Positions 1-12,600 of a stretch of 64,000 bases of DNA are shown here, one piece after another. The notes under the pieces are model-generated. The model was given only the letters and a program-made list of their open reading frames with translations, was not told the origin of the DNA and made no database searches. Each line of letters begins with the position of its first letter. Position 1 is the stretch's first letter. Position numbers and translations under genes: made by a program. This DNA is from Botryllus schlosseri (taxonomy: Eukaryota), in assembly GCA_051294905.1 (NCBI GenBank), contig CM119376.1, forward strand, positions 12,586,001 through 12,650,000, in the 5' to 3' direction.

Positions 1-1984
1 CTCTGTTTTGATATCTAAGCCAAGCTTTACTGTTATCTTCATTTGTCTTCCTGCAATTCACCACAAAGTCTCGCCATATCGACCAAGCTTTAGCGAGAGA
101 CTGTCGGTAACGATGAGTAGCAGCTCGGATGACGTGAAGCCGTTTCTGCCTACCCTGCAGTACCAACTTTTTCCAATTTCGCAAAGACTGTTTCAGTATC
201 ATTTCCCTGTAAAATAGGGTGGCGTATGATAACCTTCTCTCATCCGCCAGTCTGTCGCGAGTCTTCACTTTCCAATTGTGAAATGCTCGCCGAACTGTGA
301 CCTCACGGTCGTGCACAAAAGCGATTCTGCTCATCGTTCTGCACTCTCGCTGTTTGTCAAAGATTTCCCACCAAGAGTAGAAATATTTCATTTGCAGAGT
401 GTTTGTACGAAAACCATCAGCTTCTCCTTGAACACGTTTCTTGTATTTGGTGCGAGCAATGAAATGCTTCCATAGTTTGAAAAATATCGGCAATGCTTTT
501 GAACCGTAATGACGATCAGCGATACACTTCTTATTACGAGTTTCATGTCTCAGATCAACAAACAGCAGCCAATTTTCGAGCATTTGCTTCGCGATATTTG
601 TATTGTAATGCTGATAAGCTATATTTGACAGTTCAGACATATTCGCGTCTTCAACCTCTTCAAACCGACTTTGCCAACACTTGAACGAAATCATCAATGT
701 GTTCCGCAGGATAAAGCGATCGGCAGTCTGCTGCATCGTCTCTATATCATGACGTTTCTGTACAAATACCTGCCAGATTTTGATCGATTTCTGTAACACC
801 GTCTGTCGTAAGTGTTTTGATGCACGGCACTGGTTTCTTTCTGCCTGTACTCGCAAATCTCTGTATCGAATCCACTCCAGTAACGCACGTCTCGCGAGAC
901 ATCTTTTGGAAAGAATTTGAATACTTTCTTCTTTTTCAAAAATTTGAAAAGCATGATGTAGTCTTTGTTTCCAAACTGACAAACACCGTGACGCCAGCGC
1001 TCGATTTCTTACGCAGTTAGCAAATTGGTATTCTTTCTTTTTCTTTTTGCGAGACGTATTATACTTCATCCATGCAACAAAACTCTTCCTGATAATGACG
1101 CCACTGCGATGCGTGTCGGCACTCAAGAATAAATCCTTCTCGCGAATCTTACTCTCATATTGCGACATCCAGATTTTCCACGCATTTCTCAGTTTCAAAG
1201 TCATCCAATGTAACGCAGCTTTATCGCTGTTCATCTTTTGCTCTTTCACGGTAGCGAGACGTGAACACCATCTTTTCCAAACACTTTTCGTGACATTGTT
1301 TGCGTATAACTCCTCTGCTTTATCACGCAAGATATTTTCCTTACGGCTGACTTGAACATATTGTTTCCAACGATCGAAACTTGCTTGGGTGCTTTTTAAC
1401 ATCCAGTGAGATTCTGCAATGCCAAGTTTGAATCGTTTTTCCTTGCTCAAGATGGTGAATTGCCTCCACTGAAGCCATACAAGGCTGTATAGCGAATATC
1501 GGTGGTGATACTCTGCGCGAACCGATAATTTCCATTCCACTCTAGCCTCCCACCAAAAATTTTTCCATTCTGTGAAGGTAACTCGAAGGTGGCGATTTCG
1601 CTTGTGTTGATCGGCAGTTGATAAAACCACACGACCAAATGTTTTTCTTTTCCAAAGATTCAAAAACTTTCTGGCACGTGTACGAATACGAATTTCTTTC
1701 AATCTGCCTCCTCTGTTCCAAGTGTAACCTACAGGTCGTTTTATAACTTTCTTTTTAGTTCGGCGACCCGCCGTAGACACTGGTAACTTTGAAGGTGTTT
1801 TTGCTTTTGTGTTTAGTCCATTGCAGTTGCCTATTTCCTTCACTGGAGTTCCCATTGCTTGCAAGTTATCGCCGGAACCATTTCCTTTTTTCTTGGACAA
1901 ACGTAATCGCTGAGCTATGATTAACATGTCAGATTGTAGGTGTGCAAGTGGCGCTCCATTATGATCGGAATTCACTTTGGCCAT
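1..1984 (-). CDS. SFI1: SFI1 centrin-binding protein; 5' part, intronless in this window, 3' end beyond the left edge
   Basis: ATG at 1984-1982 with an in-frame upstream stop at 2021-2023. I checked all 661 codons down to position 2 and found no stop. The translation includes [33 protein letters not shown] and [27 protein letters not shown], matching the vertebrate SFI1 N-terminus as recalled, followed by recurrent Trp-containing Sfi1-type repeats. Absent from the ORF track, presumably because no stop falls inside the window. Confidence 0.92.
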   Translation of the reverse strand, partial: MAKVNSDHNGAPLAHLQSDMLIIAQRLRLSKKKGNGSGDNLQAMGTPVKEIGNCNGLNTKAKTPSKLPVSTAGRRTKKKVIKRPVGYTWNRGGRLKEIRIRTRARKFLNLWKRKTFGRVVLSTADQHKRNRHLRVTFTEWKNFWWEARVEWKLSVRAEYHHRYSLYSLVWLQWRQFTILSKEKRFKLGIAESHWMLKSTQASFDRWKQYVQVSRKENILRDKAEELYANNVTKSVWKRWCSRLATVKEQKMNSDKAALHWMTLKLRNAWKIWMSQYESKIREKDLFLSADTHRSGVIIRKSFVAWMKYNTSRKKKKKEYQFANCVRNRALASRCLSVWKQRLHHAFQIFEKEESIQILSKRCLARRALLEWIRYRDLRVQAERNQCRASKHLRQTVLQKSIKIWQVFVQKRHDIETMQQTADRFILRNTLMISFKCWQSRFEEVEDANMSELSNIAYQHYNTNIAKQMLENWLLFVDLRHETRNKKCIADRHYGSKALPIFFKLWKHFIARTKYKKRVQGEADGFRTNTLQMKYFYSWWEIFDKQRECRTMSRIAFVHDREVTVRRAFHNWKVKTRDRLADERRLSYATLFYREMILKQSLRNWKKLVLQGRQKRLHVIRAATHRYRQSLAKAWSIWRDFVVNCRKTNEDNSKAWLRYQNR

Positions 1985-3488
1985 AATGGGCTTGTTAGTC
2001 TTTGGTGCGGTGCATTCGTGTTACGCTAAAGCTGTGCGGTTCAAATCAAACTATGTACATGTGATTTGCAATATTTACAACTGTAAACAGTCATGAAATG
2101 TTGGCATGTTAAAAACAATAATACCGTTGTGGTCGAATCACAATAGTATTTTGATTCAATAAAAGTATAGCCTAAGTACCTATTATAGTTCAAACAGTAT
2201 AAAATCGGATTTATCCGAACAAAATTAAACCTTTGAACTCTAGAGTGGAATTAGTGGCAACCTCCCGCGCAACTTTCTGTTCAGTAACTTTATTATTCTA
2301 TTCAAAAAACCGTTCTGTTCTTGACGAAAACAACGACTGTTTCTAAGTCTGGTCTGAATTTTAACTTAGCTTTTACGGTACTTGATAGAAACATTGCTAA
2401 TAATCGTAATAATGCTAAACTGCTCTTTGATGAATTGCCACATGATTTCTTCGTTTAGAGAAGAATCTTCATCGAAACATATATCAACTTCTTACCCTGT
2501 CTTTGTCTGCATTCTCTGCAATGCTATAACATACGCCGAATACACGAGATACGGGGATGCGCGAATGCCGGAATGCCCATCGCAAGGTTATTACAGTACG
2601 GAAATCTATAGAGCTCATTTATACGGTTACGGCCCCCTATTGTAACTCAGACGTCAATAATTTACACACTCGACCTACATACCGAAGAAGAAATCACTAT
2701 ATATGCCGAAAGAATTGTGATAAGAAAACCATACAGCCGCAACGTTGGATAAACCAAAGTTTCTTCGAACATTACCGTTCATTTGCAGCTTGTCAATCAA
2801 CGGTCAGGTGACCCATGTGAATGACCAAACCATAGACTTTTCTTTTTATCATTGGTTTATTAGCAATTTTATCAGTTCAATACACCACAAAAAATGCGAT
2901 ACAATGAAAGAAAGGAAGATGTCGAAGCGACTAGGTTGTCTATTGAATCTGACACCCACCTTGGCCTAGGCGATGTAAAGAGGAGGCATGCACACTGAAT
3001 GAAAGTAAAGAATATAGTATAGAAAAAAGAAACGATTGATTGCTTTGATTGCTTTCCTCTAAATAGGGACAGTCTACTGTCGTCAGAAAGCAGAGTTGTC
3101 ATTTATGATTCCATGCAAAAGATACTTTACATTAAGTACACTTTGCATACAGTGACTGTTGCAACTTCCGACCTCTGAATCCGGACTCGACCATGCGGCT
3201 TTTAGATGTCCATATGGCTTAGGGATTCGAGGGATGTGTATTATTCATAATTCATTAAGTGTACAAGTTTTCGAAATATTTTGATTGTTCTCTGTGCGTT
3301 ATTCGTCATAGAGAAGGAAATACAGACCATCGTCTGGAGGATAAATACTTTCAAAATCGCCACAGCTCGGTGACTTGTGCGTCCAAGCGCGACTGCAACG
3401 TATTCATCAGGAGAGGCCACCGATATTGTATACATCACGATCCTAGCATTACTTTTGGAGCTTCGATATATACTTGCCGGACGTCAGA

Positions 3489-3854
3489 ATGGTAAGATTG
3501 TGATAGCGAATCTCTTTGACTAATTCTATTGAAATATTAATACCATTGCAGAGTGAAATGGATTTGTCTTTCATGAGCCGGTACGTCTCTCCTGTGAATC
3601 CGGCCGTGTATCCTCACTTGACTTTGGTGTTACTTGGAATTGGACTGTTTTTCACAATTTGGTTCTTCGTTTATGAAGTAAGTCAGATGTGATTTTCCGT
3701 AAAATGTGTCATATTAATCGATCATGTTTTTCAGGTTACATCAACCAAATATACTAGAGATTTTTACAAGGAAATAATCATGTCATTTGTTGCGTCGCTA
3801 TTCAACGGATTCGGCATACTCTTCCTGTTGCTTTGGGTCGGCATATACGTATAG
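3489..3854 (+). CDS. TMEM258: TMEM258 (oligosaccharyltransferase subunit), about 79-82 aa
   Basis: Exons 3558-3677 and 3735-3854 (GT-AG intron 3678-3734, 57 nt) give [40 protein letters not shown]|[39 protein letters not shown], very close to human TMEM258. An upstream exon ending in ATG|GTAAG (3489-3491, intron 3492-3551) splices in frame and adds MSE. Confidence 0.96.
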
Positions 3855-4224
3855 ACCTCTCATATAATACGACTGACGCATTACTGCATTCGAAGCTCTT
3901 GCATAACTGCTATTTTGTCTGCAATATCACCGAAGTAAATGAATTTTTTTATGAATGTGTATCAGTTTCATTTCAGAAATATTTCAGCGTGACTGTGTTA
4001 CAGTCTGCACAGGAAGCAGTTGATGGATGCCAAAGTGATAAATTGTGCGAATCTGTAAATCTTCCGGAGATAAATATTATTTCCAAATCTGAATTAGTAA
4101 ACATTTAGTTGACCTGGAAGGCTCTGAGGATTTAAATTCAACGGAAACAAGTGTGTTCATGCCTTATACAACAGTGATTTGGATTAGGTTACCATACGTC
4201 CTCCCTAAGAATCCTCGGATTATC

Positions 4225-4539
4225 CTTGATCGATGGATAATCCGCGATTTATCAACGAAAAACTCACATAAGTCCGCTTCTACTGGTCGGAATTGACTCA
4301 AATTTGTTTTGCAACGTCTTTGAAGACAGCTCAACAATTTCATGGGGTTGGCAGAAAAATTTGGAAATTTTTTTTTTCAATTTTCCATAATAAATTAAAA
4401 ATTTTAATTGGATCTGCGGAGTCCTATACTTGTTAGAATCGAACCAAATTTGGTGTGCAGCGTTTTTTTAGGGTAACCTGACAATTTAATCAGTGAATGG
4501 CTGGAATCCGGGGAAAAAAGTTATTTTTGAACAGCCCTA
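4225..4539. repeat. Dispersed repeat family A (probable non-autonomous DNA transposon)
   Basis: Clear similarity to 32839-33103 (shared TTATCAACGAAAAAC...CAACAATTTCATGGGGTTG...GGGTAACCTGACAAT...GAATGGCTGGAATC...TTATTTTTGAACA(G/A)CCC) and weaker similarity to about 24300-24541. A hairpin CGGATTATCC/GGATAATCCG lies at the left end. Confidence 0.7.
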
Positions 4540-5714
4540 ATGGACGTACGAGCGGGAAATTTGTGGTTCGATCGAAAGTGACGACCTTGTTTTTGTCAAA
4601 ACCACCACATTTTAGTAAAAACTATGTAAATCAGGAGTCGAACAAAAGTGATGACTTCTTTTTAGTCATCACACAAACTTTTGCTGCAAAAATGAGCGAA
4701 ATCGGCGGTCTTCACTCTGATCAACAAACTTTTCTTATTTGGTAAAAGTGTCCTCCTTTCCTAATTCCAAAATCTGGTAACCCTACCATACATTAATGGC
4801 CAGGGTAAAATGAAAATCGCCATAAATAATGAGAGTCGAGTATTTTTTTAGTCAACACCACAAGATTTCCAGTAATTATCTCAAAATCAGCTGTTGTTTT
4901 CAACTTTGGTAACGTACGTTAAGGATTTTGAAAAGGTGTCCTTTCCGGATTCCAAAATATAGTAACACTAGATTTGGGTGATAAACGACTAGTTGTTTTT
5001 CTTCCGAATCATAATATCATATAGCAAAAAAAGTGATTTTTCATGTATGCGGAACACATACAGGGTGGCGTGGAATAGTGCTAGATGAAGATGAAACATG
5101 GGAAAATATGTAGCCGTGAAGTGCAAAGGTGTTCACAAAAACATTTGGCAACAGTCACGGATCTCAGAGCCGGTCATGAAGGTTATTTGGCGAAGTTTTT
5201 ACATTGTCCGACACATCTGCTCAAGAGCGTGTAAATAAAATAAACCCCATGCTACAATTGCCAGGTGATTCGTTGTGAGTGAAGCTGGCGAGTGACACAG
5301 CCAAGTGTGCCTTCTCCACAGACAAAATAAATTATGCTCTAACCACACATTGTACAGCGAAATCAGTTCAAATGAAGGGCGTCCAGTCCATGTACCACAA
5401 TAATTCAATGTACGGGCAATTCAAGCTATGTCCCTACCGACAACTGCTTTGAATACATCCCAGCCAATGATATAAACGAAAAATCTTTATTCATCAACAG
5501 GCATAAGCACAATAGCAATACAAAAATATTCACATAGCAACAGAATTGGTGAAGATTGCTGAAACCCCAGTAAAAGTATTGGCGTGACATTTTTGAAATC
5601 CACCCATCGCTGAAAATGTTCCTCGTGTGGAGTCGGAACGGCACACAAATATACACCTCCCAGTTAACGGAACGAGACAGAATTCGAGAAAATACGGTGA
5701 TTAATAAGACTAAT

Positions 5715-6258
5715 TTGGGCTGGGCAAAATCGAGTAACTGGGTGATTTGATTCCGACTCGAGTATGAAGTATCGAGCATAAGCACCACATTACGATAAAA
5801 TAGTAAATCATGATTTTAACAGTTCAAATATCGATCTTTTTGCAGTGAAAAGGACAACGATACCAGTTACACCCCATTATTATAAATCCAGAATTCAGGA
5901 CCATGACGATTTTGCCAAGCTTTCAGTGACCTTTGCAAGATATGTCGTTCCATGAATATTTGTGACCTCGTGCAACATATTTTCAACCAACTGGCACTGT
6001 TGTTTTTTTCCGAAAAAACGATATATTACTTGTTAATTTTGCATCCTGTAAGGTCGTGTTTGACAGTTTTGAAAAGTGAAGAAAATTTTTCGGAAAAAGC
6101 CGCAGGTGCCAGTCGGTTAAGTATTGAGATCCTGGTAACAAAGGCTCTTATGGTGCGAATGAAGTTTTGAAACTATATTTTTCGTTACTGGAAAAAAACT
6201 ATCACTAGACGGCTCAATTCGGTAAAATTTATACTCAGAGTTGTCGTGCCCAGCCTTA
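5715..6258. mobile_element. Old hAT-type MITE related to 61245-61754
   Basis: Degenerate TIRs TTGGGCTGGGCA / TGCCCAGCCTTA and subterminal CTCGA/ATTCGA motifs. TSD is not well preserved. Confidence 0.45.
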
Positions 6259-6619
6259 GTAATAATGCCAACTTCAATTCGAAAACATAGCATCCAGTAA
6301 AAAAAGTACATTGTCACACATAATCTGAACAAGTAAAAAAGAAAAGCACGGTATTACGACCAACTCCAATAGAGACATGACTACGACGTCTCAACAAGTG
6401 GCGATCTAAATACGCTACGACAAGTACAAGTGTAAAGTAGAAACCACAAAACGGCAGCGTGTGTAAAAAAATAAACTAACATCGCCCGTGTCATAATGGA
6501 CTGCAACTCAATCGTCCGACACGGCACAAATACCCGTCCGCACATGATTCTTATCCGTCAACAGCAAAAACTCGCACTAGAAATACCATACTGCATCTTA
6601 TTCAACCTCGGCCGTATCT

Positions 6620-9600
6620 TCACATGAGCACGCTCTCGAATCTCGCCCCCTTTCTAATTGAGATATCGCTGAAGCTCTGAGACTGGTGCAACAGGCACGC
6701 CTCTTGCTTGGCCAGCACCAGGAGGGAATAGAATTTGGAGGCGGCTTGCTTTTTCGTGACTCCCTCCGTCATTTGGAAGTAGGAAAGCTCCTGCACGTGC
6801 TTGAACGATCTCTGCATATGAAAATTACATTGGGTTACGCCAGACAACTCCATTACCAGTTCGCTACCGTGAATATACACATATATAGCGTGCTCTGGAT
6901 GCCGAGCTACAACTAACCGAAGATTTGAGGCTCCCTCAGTGGGAGAAAAAGTTTAGAGATATATTTCTCATTACCAATACCCTACCCTTGCGCTAAAGGC
7001 AATAGTAGGCTACCACTTCATTAACAATATATATATACTAAGACACTCACATTAAACGTGTGAATCAGTTGCTGTGTTCTCTTATTCCACCGTAAGTCGT
7101 CCACGTCTTCGGCATAAGACTCGCTCTCTTCGATTTCTGAAAAGCGTATTTAATACATAAGCAGTCACTACTTCACAGAAATGTCATTGCCGCGAATGGC
7201 AAAGAGCCAAATAGCGGAAGTAACCAGCATTGCTACTCAAGTAGAAGTAGAAGTACCACCATACGTACAAGCCAAGTACAAGTAGCAATTTTCAAGACAA
7301 ATCAAAACTACATCGAATGGGAGTAGAATATGAAAGACCTGAAAATCAAAACTACTCTAGTAGTTTCATAAAGTTGATTTTGTCGAGGGTCGCTAGAAAA
7401 ATATCTACCTTGTTCAGGTTCTTGAACATCCTCCAGCGGTGGTATCCCCGATACGTCGCTGAGACCGAGGTTTTCCAGGGCTGATTCTTGATCCGGGGCT
7501 TTCGGCGGGCTCGGGGGCGGCATCATCCCGCCAGGACTCGAGCCGGGACTGGGAGGGCCGACGCTGTACGGCTCGTAATCGTCGTTGTCCGAATTGTAAG
7601 CGGCCTAAATCAACAAACTGTCTCGTTACCCGGCATGTCGGCAATGATTGGGAGTTGTCGTCAGTTGCAGTCAGTAGCGAAGTACTACTGGTTTTTCCGA
7701 GAACTCAAGTAGCTTTTGCTCATCTTTCTCTAATTACTCTAGGGGTTATATTTATAGACAGTTTCCACTTCTACCCGAGATTTTAAAAGTAGAAAGTAAA
7801 GTAAGTAAAGTAAAAGTAGAAAGTAGAATACGGAAAGTATTACATGACAATTGGGCGAAAGAGCCCTTGAATCACGATGATAACCGGTCATATTTTCGAA
7901 TATTGCACCTATTTGTAGTGGCATTTTGTGTTGGTCAAAGTGGTCACTTCTAATCAACTGCAAAAGTATGAGACACATCGATCGAAATATACTTCTTTTT
8001 GAACTAAATACGCGCGCAATTTTCAGATCTTCATTTCCTTCTTCTATGCTAAGTAGTTTTGACATGTCTTGAAAATCAGTAAAACATCTACTGAACTAGA
8101 AGCAATGTCGACTATTACGTTATTATATTGTCGCATACGTCGACAGTTACAGCTCTTAAAACTGGTTCTACAGAACTAAACAACAACTGTAATTTTCATC
8201 TATAACGCATTTCACGCTTGGAGAAAAGATCGTCATTCCTTCATCCCCTGAAACTTTAATTCAAACAGGCAATGGCCATGAATTCCTCCATATGAAAATT
8301 CTAGTGCAAAAAATTATCGAGACAACATATTTCGCATCTTTGGGAGAGGTCGTTCATTCTGTTATATCTGTGGCTAAAGTCAACCTTTTTCAAAATCCTT
8401 CAACCTAGAGCTTGTGTATGTATAATCTAAAACTGCATTTGAGTCTAAGGCATCTCTTCGCCTCAATTATTCGAATTGTTATGTCACTGACGGCATATTA
8501 GATGATACAACCGTTTTTGATTGCTTATTTCAATGCTAAGTTAATATAGCTTGAGCATCAAATGAAATTTCACACATTGTTCTCAGATATTGGTCATTGA
8601 ACTCGTCAATTGCTTCTAATTGTTAGAACCCGTTGGTGATAAAATTGTTACTATACAAAGTTCTTTCGTAATCTTGACCCGTTACTGACGATTACACCTG
8701 ATGAGCATCAGTCAAAACTATTTGCGTGTAACACAATATGAACACGTTATTTGATAGCACTAGAATAACCGCGTAGAAAACATACCGGCTGATGAAGGTC
8801 GACGTCGGAAATTTGCGGAACAAGGGTCGCGTCCAGTTGTTTGTTTTGAACCAAGCTCGATTCGTCCATGGCGGGGGGCGGAAAATTGTGCTCGGCCACG
8901 CTCAAATCACGAGCGGTATGCACGGACGACTCGTCGATCTCGCTAGGCGTCGGAGTCTGAAAACAAATCGGAAACAGATCACAAACGCAGATGATACGCC
9001 GTCTCGCATTCGACGCTACCTCGTCCAGTAAGCCGAACCGCTGATTCAGTTGCGTGGCGGACAGATCCTTGAGACTCTCCGGTATCTCGCAATGCAGGTT
9101 AGCGACAAACGCCTGGGAATAAACAAAGCCTGTCATGTCTAGATCCTAACTAGTATCGAATTTTTGAGGTGATACCCATAACTATCCCCGTCACCAATAA
9201 CCCCGGCTTCTTCAGTAAATGTTCAAAACATATAGCTTAGGGAGCATTTTTAAAACTTCAGAGCATCTATTTGAGCCACTTCACAGCCATCGCTATGCTT
9301 GGACATGAAATAAACTCTTCTGTTGCAATTACTCCAAACCCCTCCAGAGCACCTACGCAAAGCACACATTTCAAAGTATCTATCAACTCATCTACCCCCA
9401 CCTTGTTGAGCATGGGAGCGTAAATGCCGGTCGGTCCCGAGAACAGCTTATCCACACCGCCAATTTCCTTCCACTGCATCAGACGTTTCGTGGGCGGCGC
9501 CATGTCAAGCGAGGTGACGATATCCTCAAAGTTCTTCAACTGCTCGCGCATCGTCTGTCCGTCCAGTTCGATGACCGGGTCCACGATGAGCTTTCTCTTT

Positions 9601-12600
9601 CGGCGGATGCGAGTGTCTTTCACACCTGCGTCATGTCGTCAACAATAATAGTGACTTCAAGTATCCAAACCTTTCATGTGACCTAGAAGCAGGGTTGTAA
9701 TGACTCGAGTCACAATTTTTTGTCGACTCGACTCCACTCGATTTTTGTATTGACTCAACTTGCACTCGAGTCATTGCGCACGACTCAACCAAGTCTTAAC
9801 CAAGTCAAAACAATAAAAGTGAAATTGGCTTGCCACTCAGATCCTCGCAACTTGGTTACAGCCCTGTCTAGAAGTAAACAACATCACGGTTGCAGTTTGA
9901 GTTACAGAAATTATTTAAAATCTGCTAACAGTATTATATGTAATTGCAGTTTGACACAATACCGCAGGCCGATCACTACTCTACAGAATGTTGTTGCCGT
10001 GAATCACTAATCTCAATTCGAACGAGCTGGCCGGCAGAGTGGGAGTTTACATGGATTGCTACTCCTTCACGATTTCCCGGAGAGTAGAGACTAACAGAGA
10101 GCTTGACATTCCATTCCATTAGCAGGCACACGGCAAAAATGTGATCGACACCTTGATATAGTGGCTTAATATCAAATAACAAATGTAGGGTGATACAGGG
10201 CGGTGGAATAAGCGATGAGTTATGACATTGACACCAAGCTCGTCTTTATCATTGCAACAATTCAGCAATTACTACATGTTTTTATCGGATGATGAACAGC
10301 TCGCAAAAAATAATACGTGATCCCAAATACTGCAAGGAACAAAAGGAGCATGGATATCACCGAATTCAGCCATATCAAGGTAGCCTACGTTTTACTGAAA
10401 CTCATTGAAAAATGCATGATCAGAGATCAGCTTTTATCAAGAGAGAAACGCACCGGTGATATCCAACGGTTCCAGTGCAAATGCCTCTTCCTCGTTCGCA
10501 ATTAACGTCGTTTCATTCCGACCCACGGTAGTGTCGGCTTCTAACGGTTCCTGTTGCGGTTCCGGCACAACCCCGGTTTGGACAGGTTCCTCCAACTGAT
10601 TTTGATCTTGCAAAACCGATTGGTCTATGGTAGTAGGGGGCACGGGCTGGTCGAGGTTCAGCTGCCCCGTGTCTACCGTCTCTAACTGCGCCTACAAATA
10701 CAATAAAATAAAATCACTGACAGCCACATGATGAGTCATGCAAGTAAAGCAATATGAAAGCCTACTTCAGCACTAGGAAAAACGCAGCAATACTGCGGTC
10801 AACTCACTTGCTCCATCGGAACTGGTTCAACAGCTTGCTGCTGATTGGTCGGAGACATTGCCTGTTGCTCGGCGGCAGCTTCTGTTGTGTCCATGGCTGC
10901 AAAATCAAAAAGTGCAATAAAAGAAAGAGCTATTTTACACGGCAGCGACTCAACAACGGCCTAAAAACTTAAAAGCCAAAGCAATCATCACGGTTGCTTG
11001 AGTAACAAAATTCCAAATATTCACCGATATCAGAAAGTTCTTATTCGAAAATGACGGCCGATGACCATGAATTTTTCACAACTGGCATTACATTAGAAGA
11101 CAAATTGTGAGGTGATATGCCGGGTATTTTGAGATCACAACTTAATGAATCCAAGAAGAGCTAACATCAGTGCCAATCAGTTTGGTAGAGTGTGATCTAC
11201 CTTCCGGCTTTCGACAATACTGCCATAATTTTCAGTCGAGCTTTATAACCATACATGTTCCTAATACAAAAACAGCATACTCATGTCGTCAACTTTGTTC
11301 GCGGCTTCACCAAGGAAACTTTCACCTTCGCCAAACAATCCAGGACCTTGCATGAAGTTGTCATCTGTGAAATAAAGACGCTATAGACCACCGGCAACCA
11401 GACAACAAAGCAAACATTACCGAGAGCCCCTCCACCGCCGATACCCCCATCCAAGCCCCCGGCATCCATAGTGAACAGGCCATCCTTTGAGGTGCCGGGT
11501 AGTTCTGGAAACAATAACAAATGTATTTAGGATTACACAATATGCTTCATTAAAAACGTATTCGTGATTAAACAAAAAAGACAGGTGCCTCTTGAGTGCG
11601 ACTTCAGGGGCAAATGTGAGCATTGGAGCAACATTATTAAAACTGGGAACGACGTCATGGCACACTCCGAAATAAATGAATGAGATTAGAGTGGATGGCC
11701 AGCTATATATCTTACCCCCAGGGTCAGTTTAAGTTAGTCAAGATTGCAGGACTCTAATTACACGATGCATTAGAAATTGAACTCAAAAAGGTTATCCCTA
11801 TTTAGAGAATAATCCAATCCTTGCTATGTACTATGAGCACTGGCAGTGCAGCCTTATCTGTTTGACGGTGATTCAGAATGATCAACTGAGGCACAGAATG
11901 GCCGGCAAGCTGCTGCTTATGAGTAATGAGCAGACATGTCATTTTCCATGGCCATGGCCCAGAAGTATGGCTGAGATGATGCCAGGTAACAATTTGATAA
12001 CGGTACATTGAAAGTGACCCGACTATGAAAATTACACAAAATTATTCAACACGTGTGCGGTAAAAAATTTCAGTACAAAGTTGGCACATAACGCGCAGTA
12101 GGGTTGTTCAAAATTGACAGACTGTCACAAATTTGTTGTTTTCAATCAGATTTCTGTGCCTTACACCTTAAAAACATAGTGAAGGTGTTACTCATCCCCT
12201 GCATCTATTTGCATTTTGGGCCGCAAAAAGCTGGCGGTGAAATCCTCAAACCTACCTTATACTGATCATCATTCTGCAGGATTCAACATGTAGAACAATT
12301 TAAGTTCATAAATGTAAATGTAGAATCTACTATCACAGTCACATTACAAACGTGCAGTCCCAACATTAGCATTTAACTTTACAAACCATCGTTTCAATTC
12401 AACCCACAAAAAAATTCTAGTCCTGTACACTGAGGAAGCTACGACATTACATACTTCTGTTGTCTTCCTTGAAGAACATGTTCTCCAAATCCCCAGCCGA
12501 AAACTGGTCCACCTCTTTTCCGAAGCCCATCAGGCCACCGCCGAACCCTTCGTCCATTTGGAAAGTAGTCGGGACTTCGTCTCTCATTGTGATCTCTTCG

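Noticed and set aside
2382-3480. Extra gene between SFI1 and TMEM258
   Set aside because: All six frames were translated; there are only short unrecognisable ORFs, and no consistent spliced model emerged despite some donor-like sites.
5426-5788. 120-aa minus-strand ORF
   Set aside because: No homology cues, starts inside a MITE remnant, and lies in the probable RAD21 3' UTR or intergenic region.
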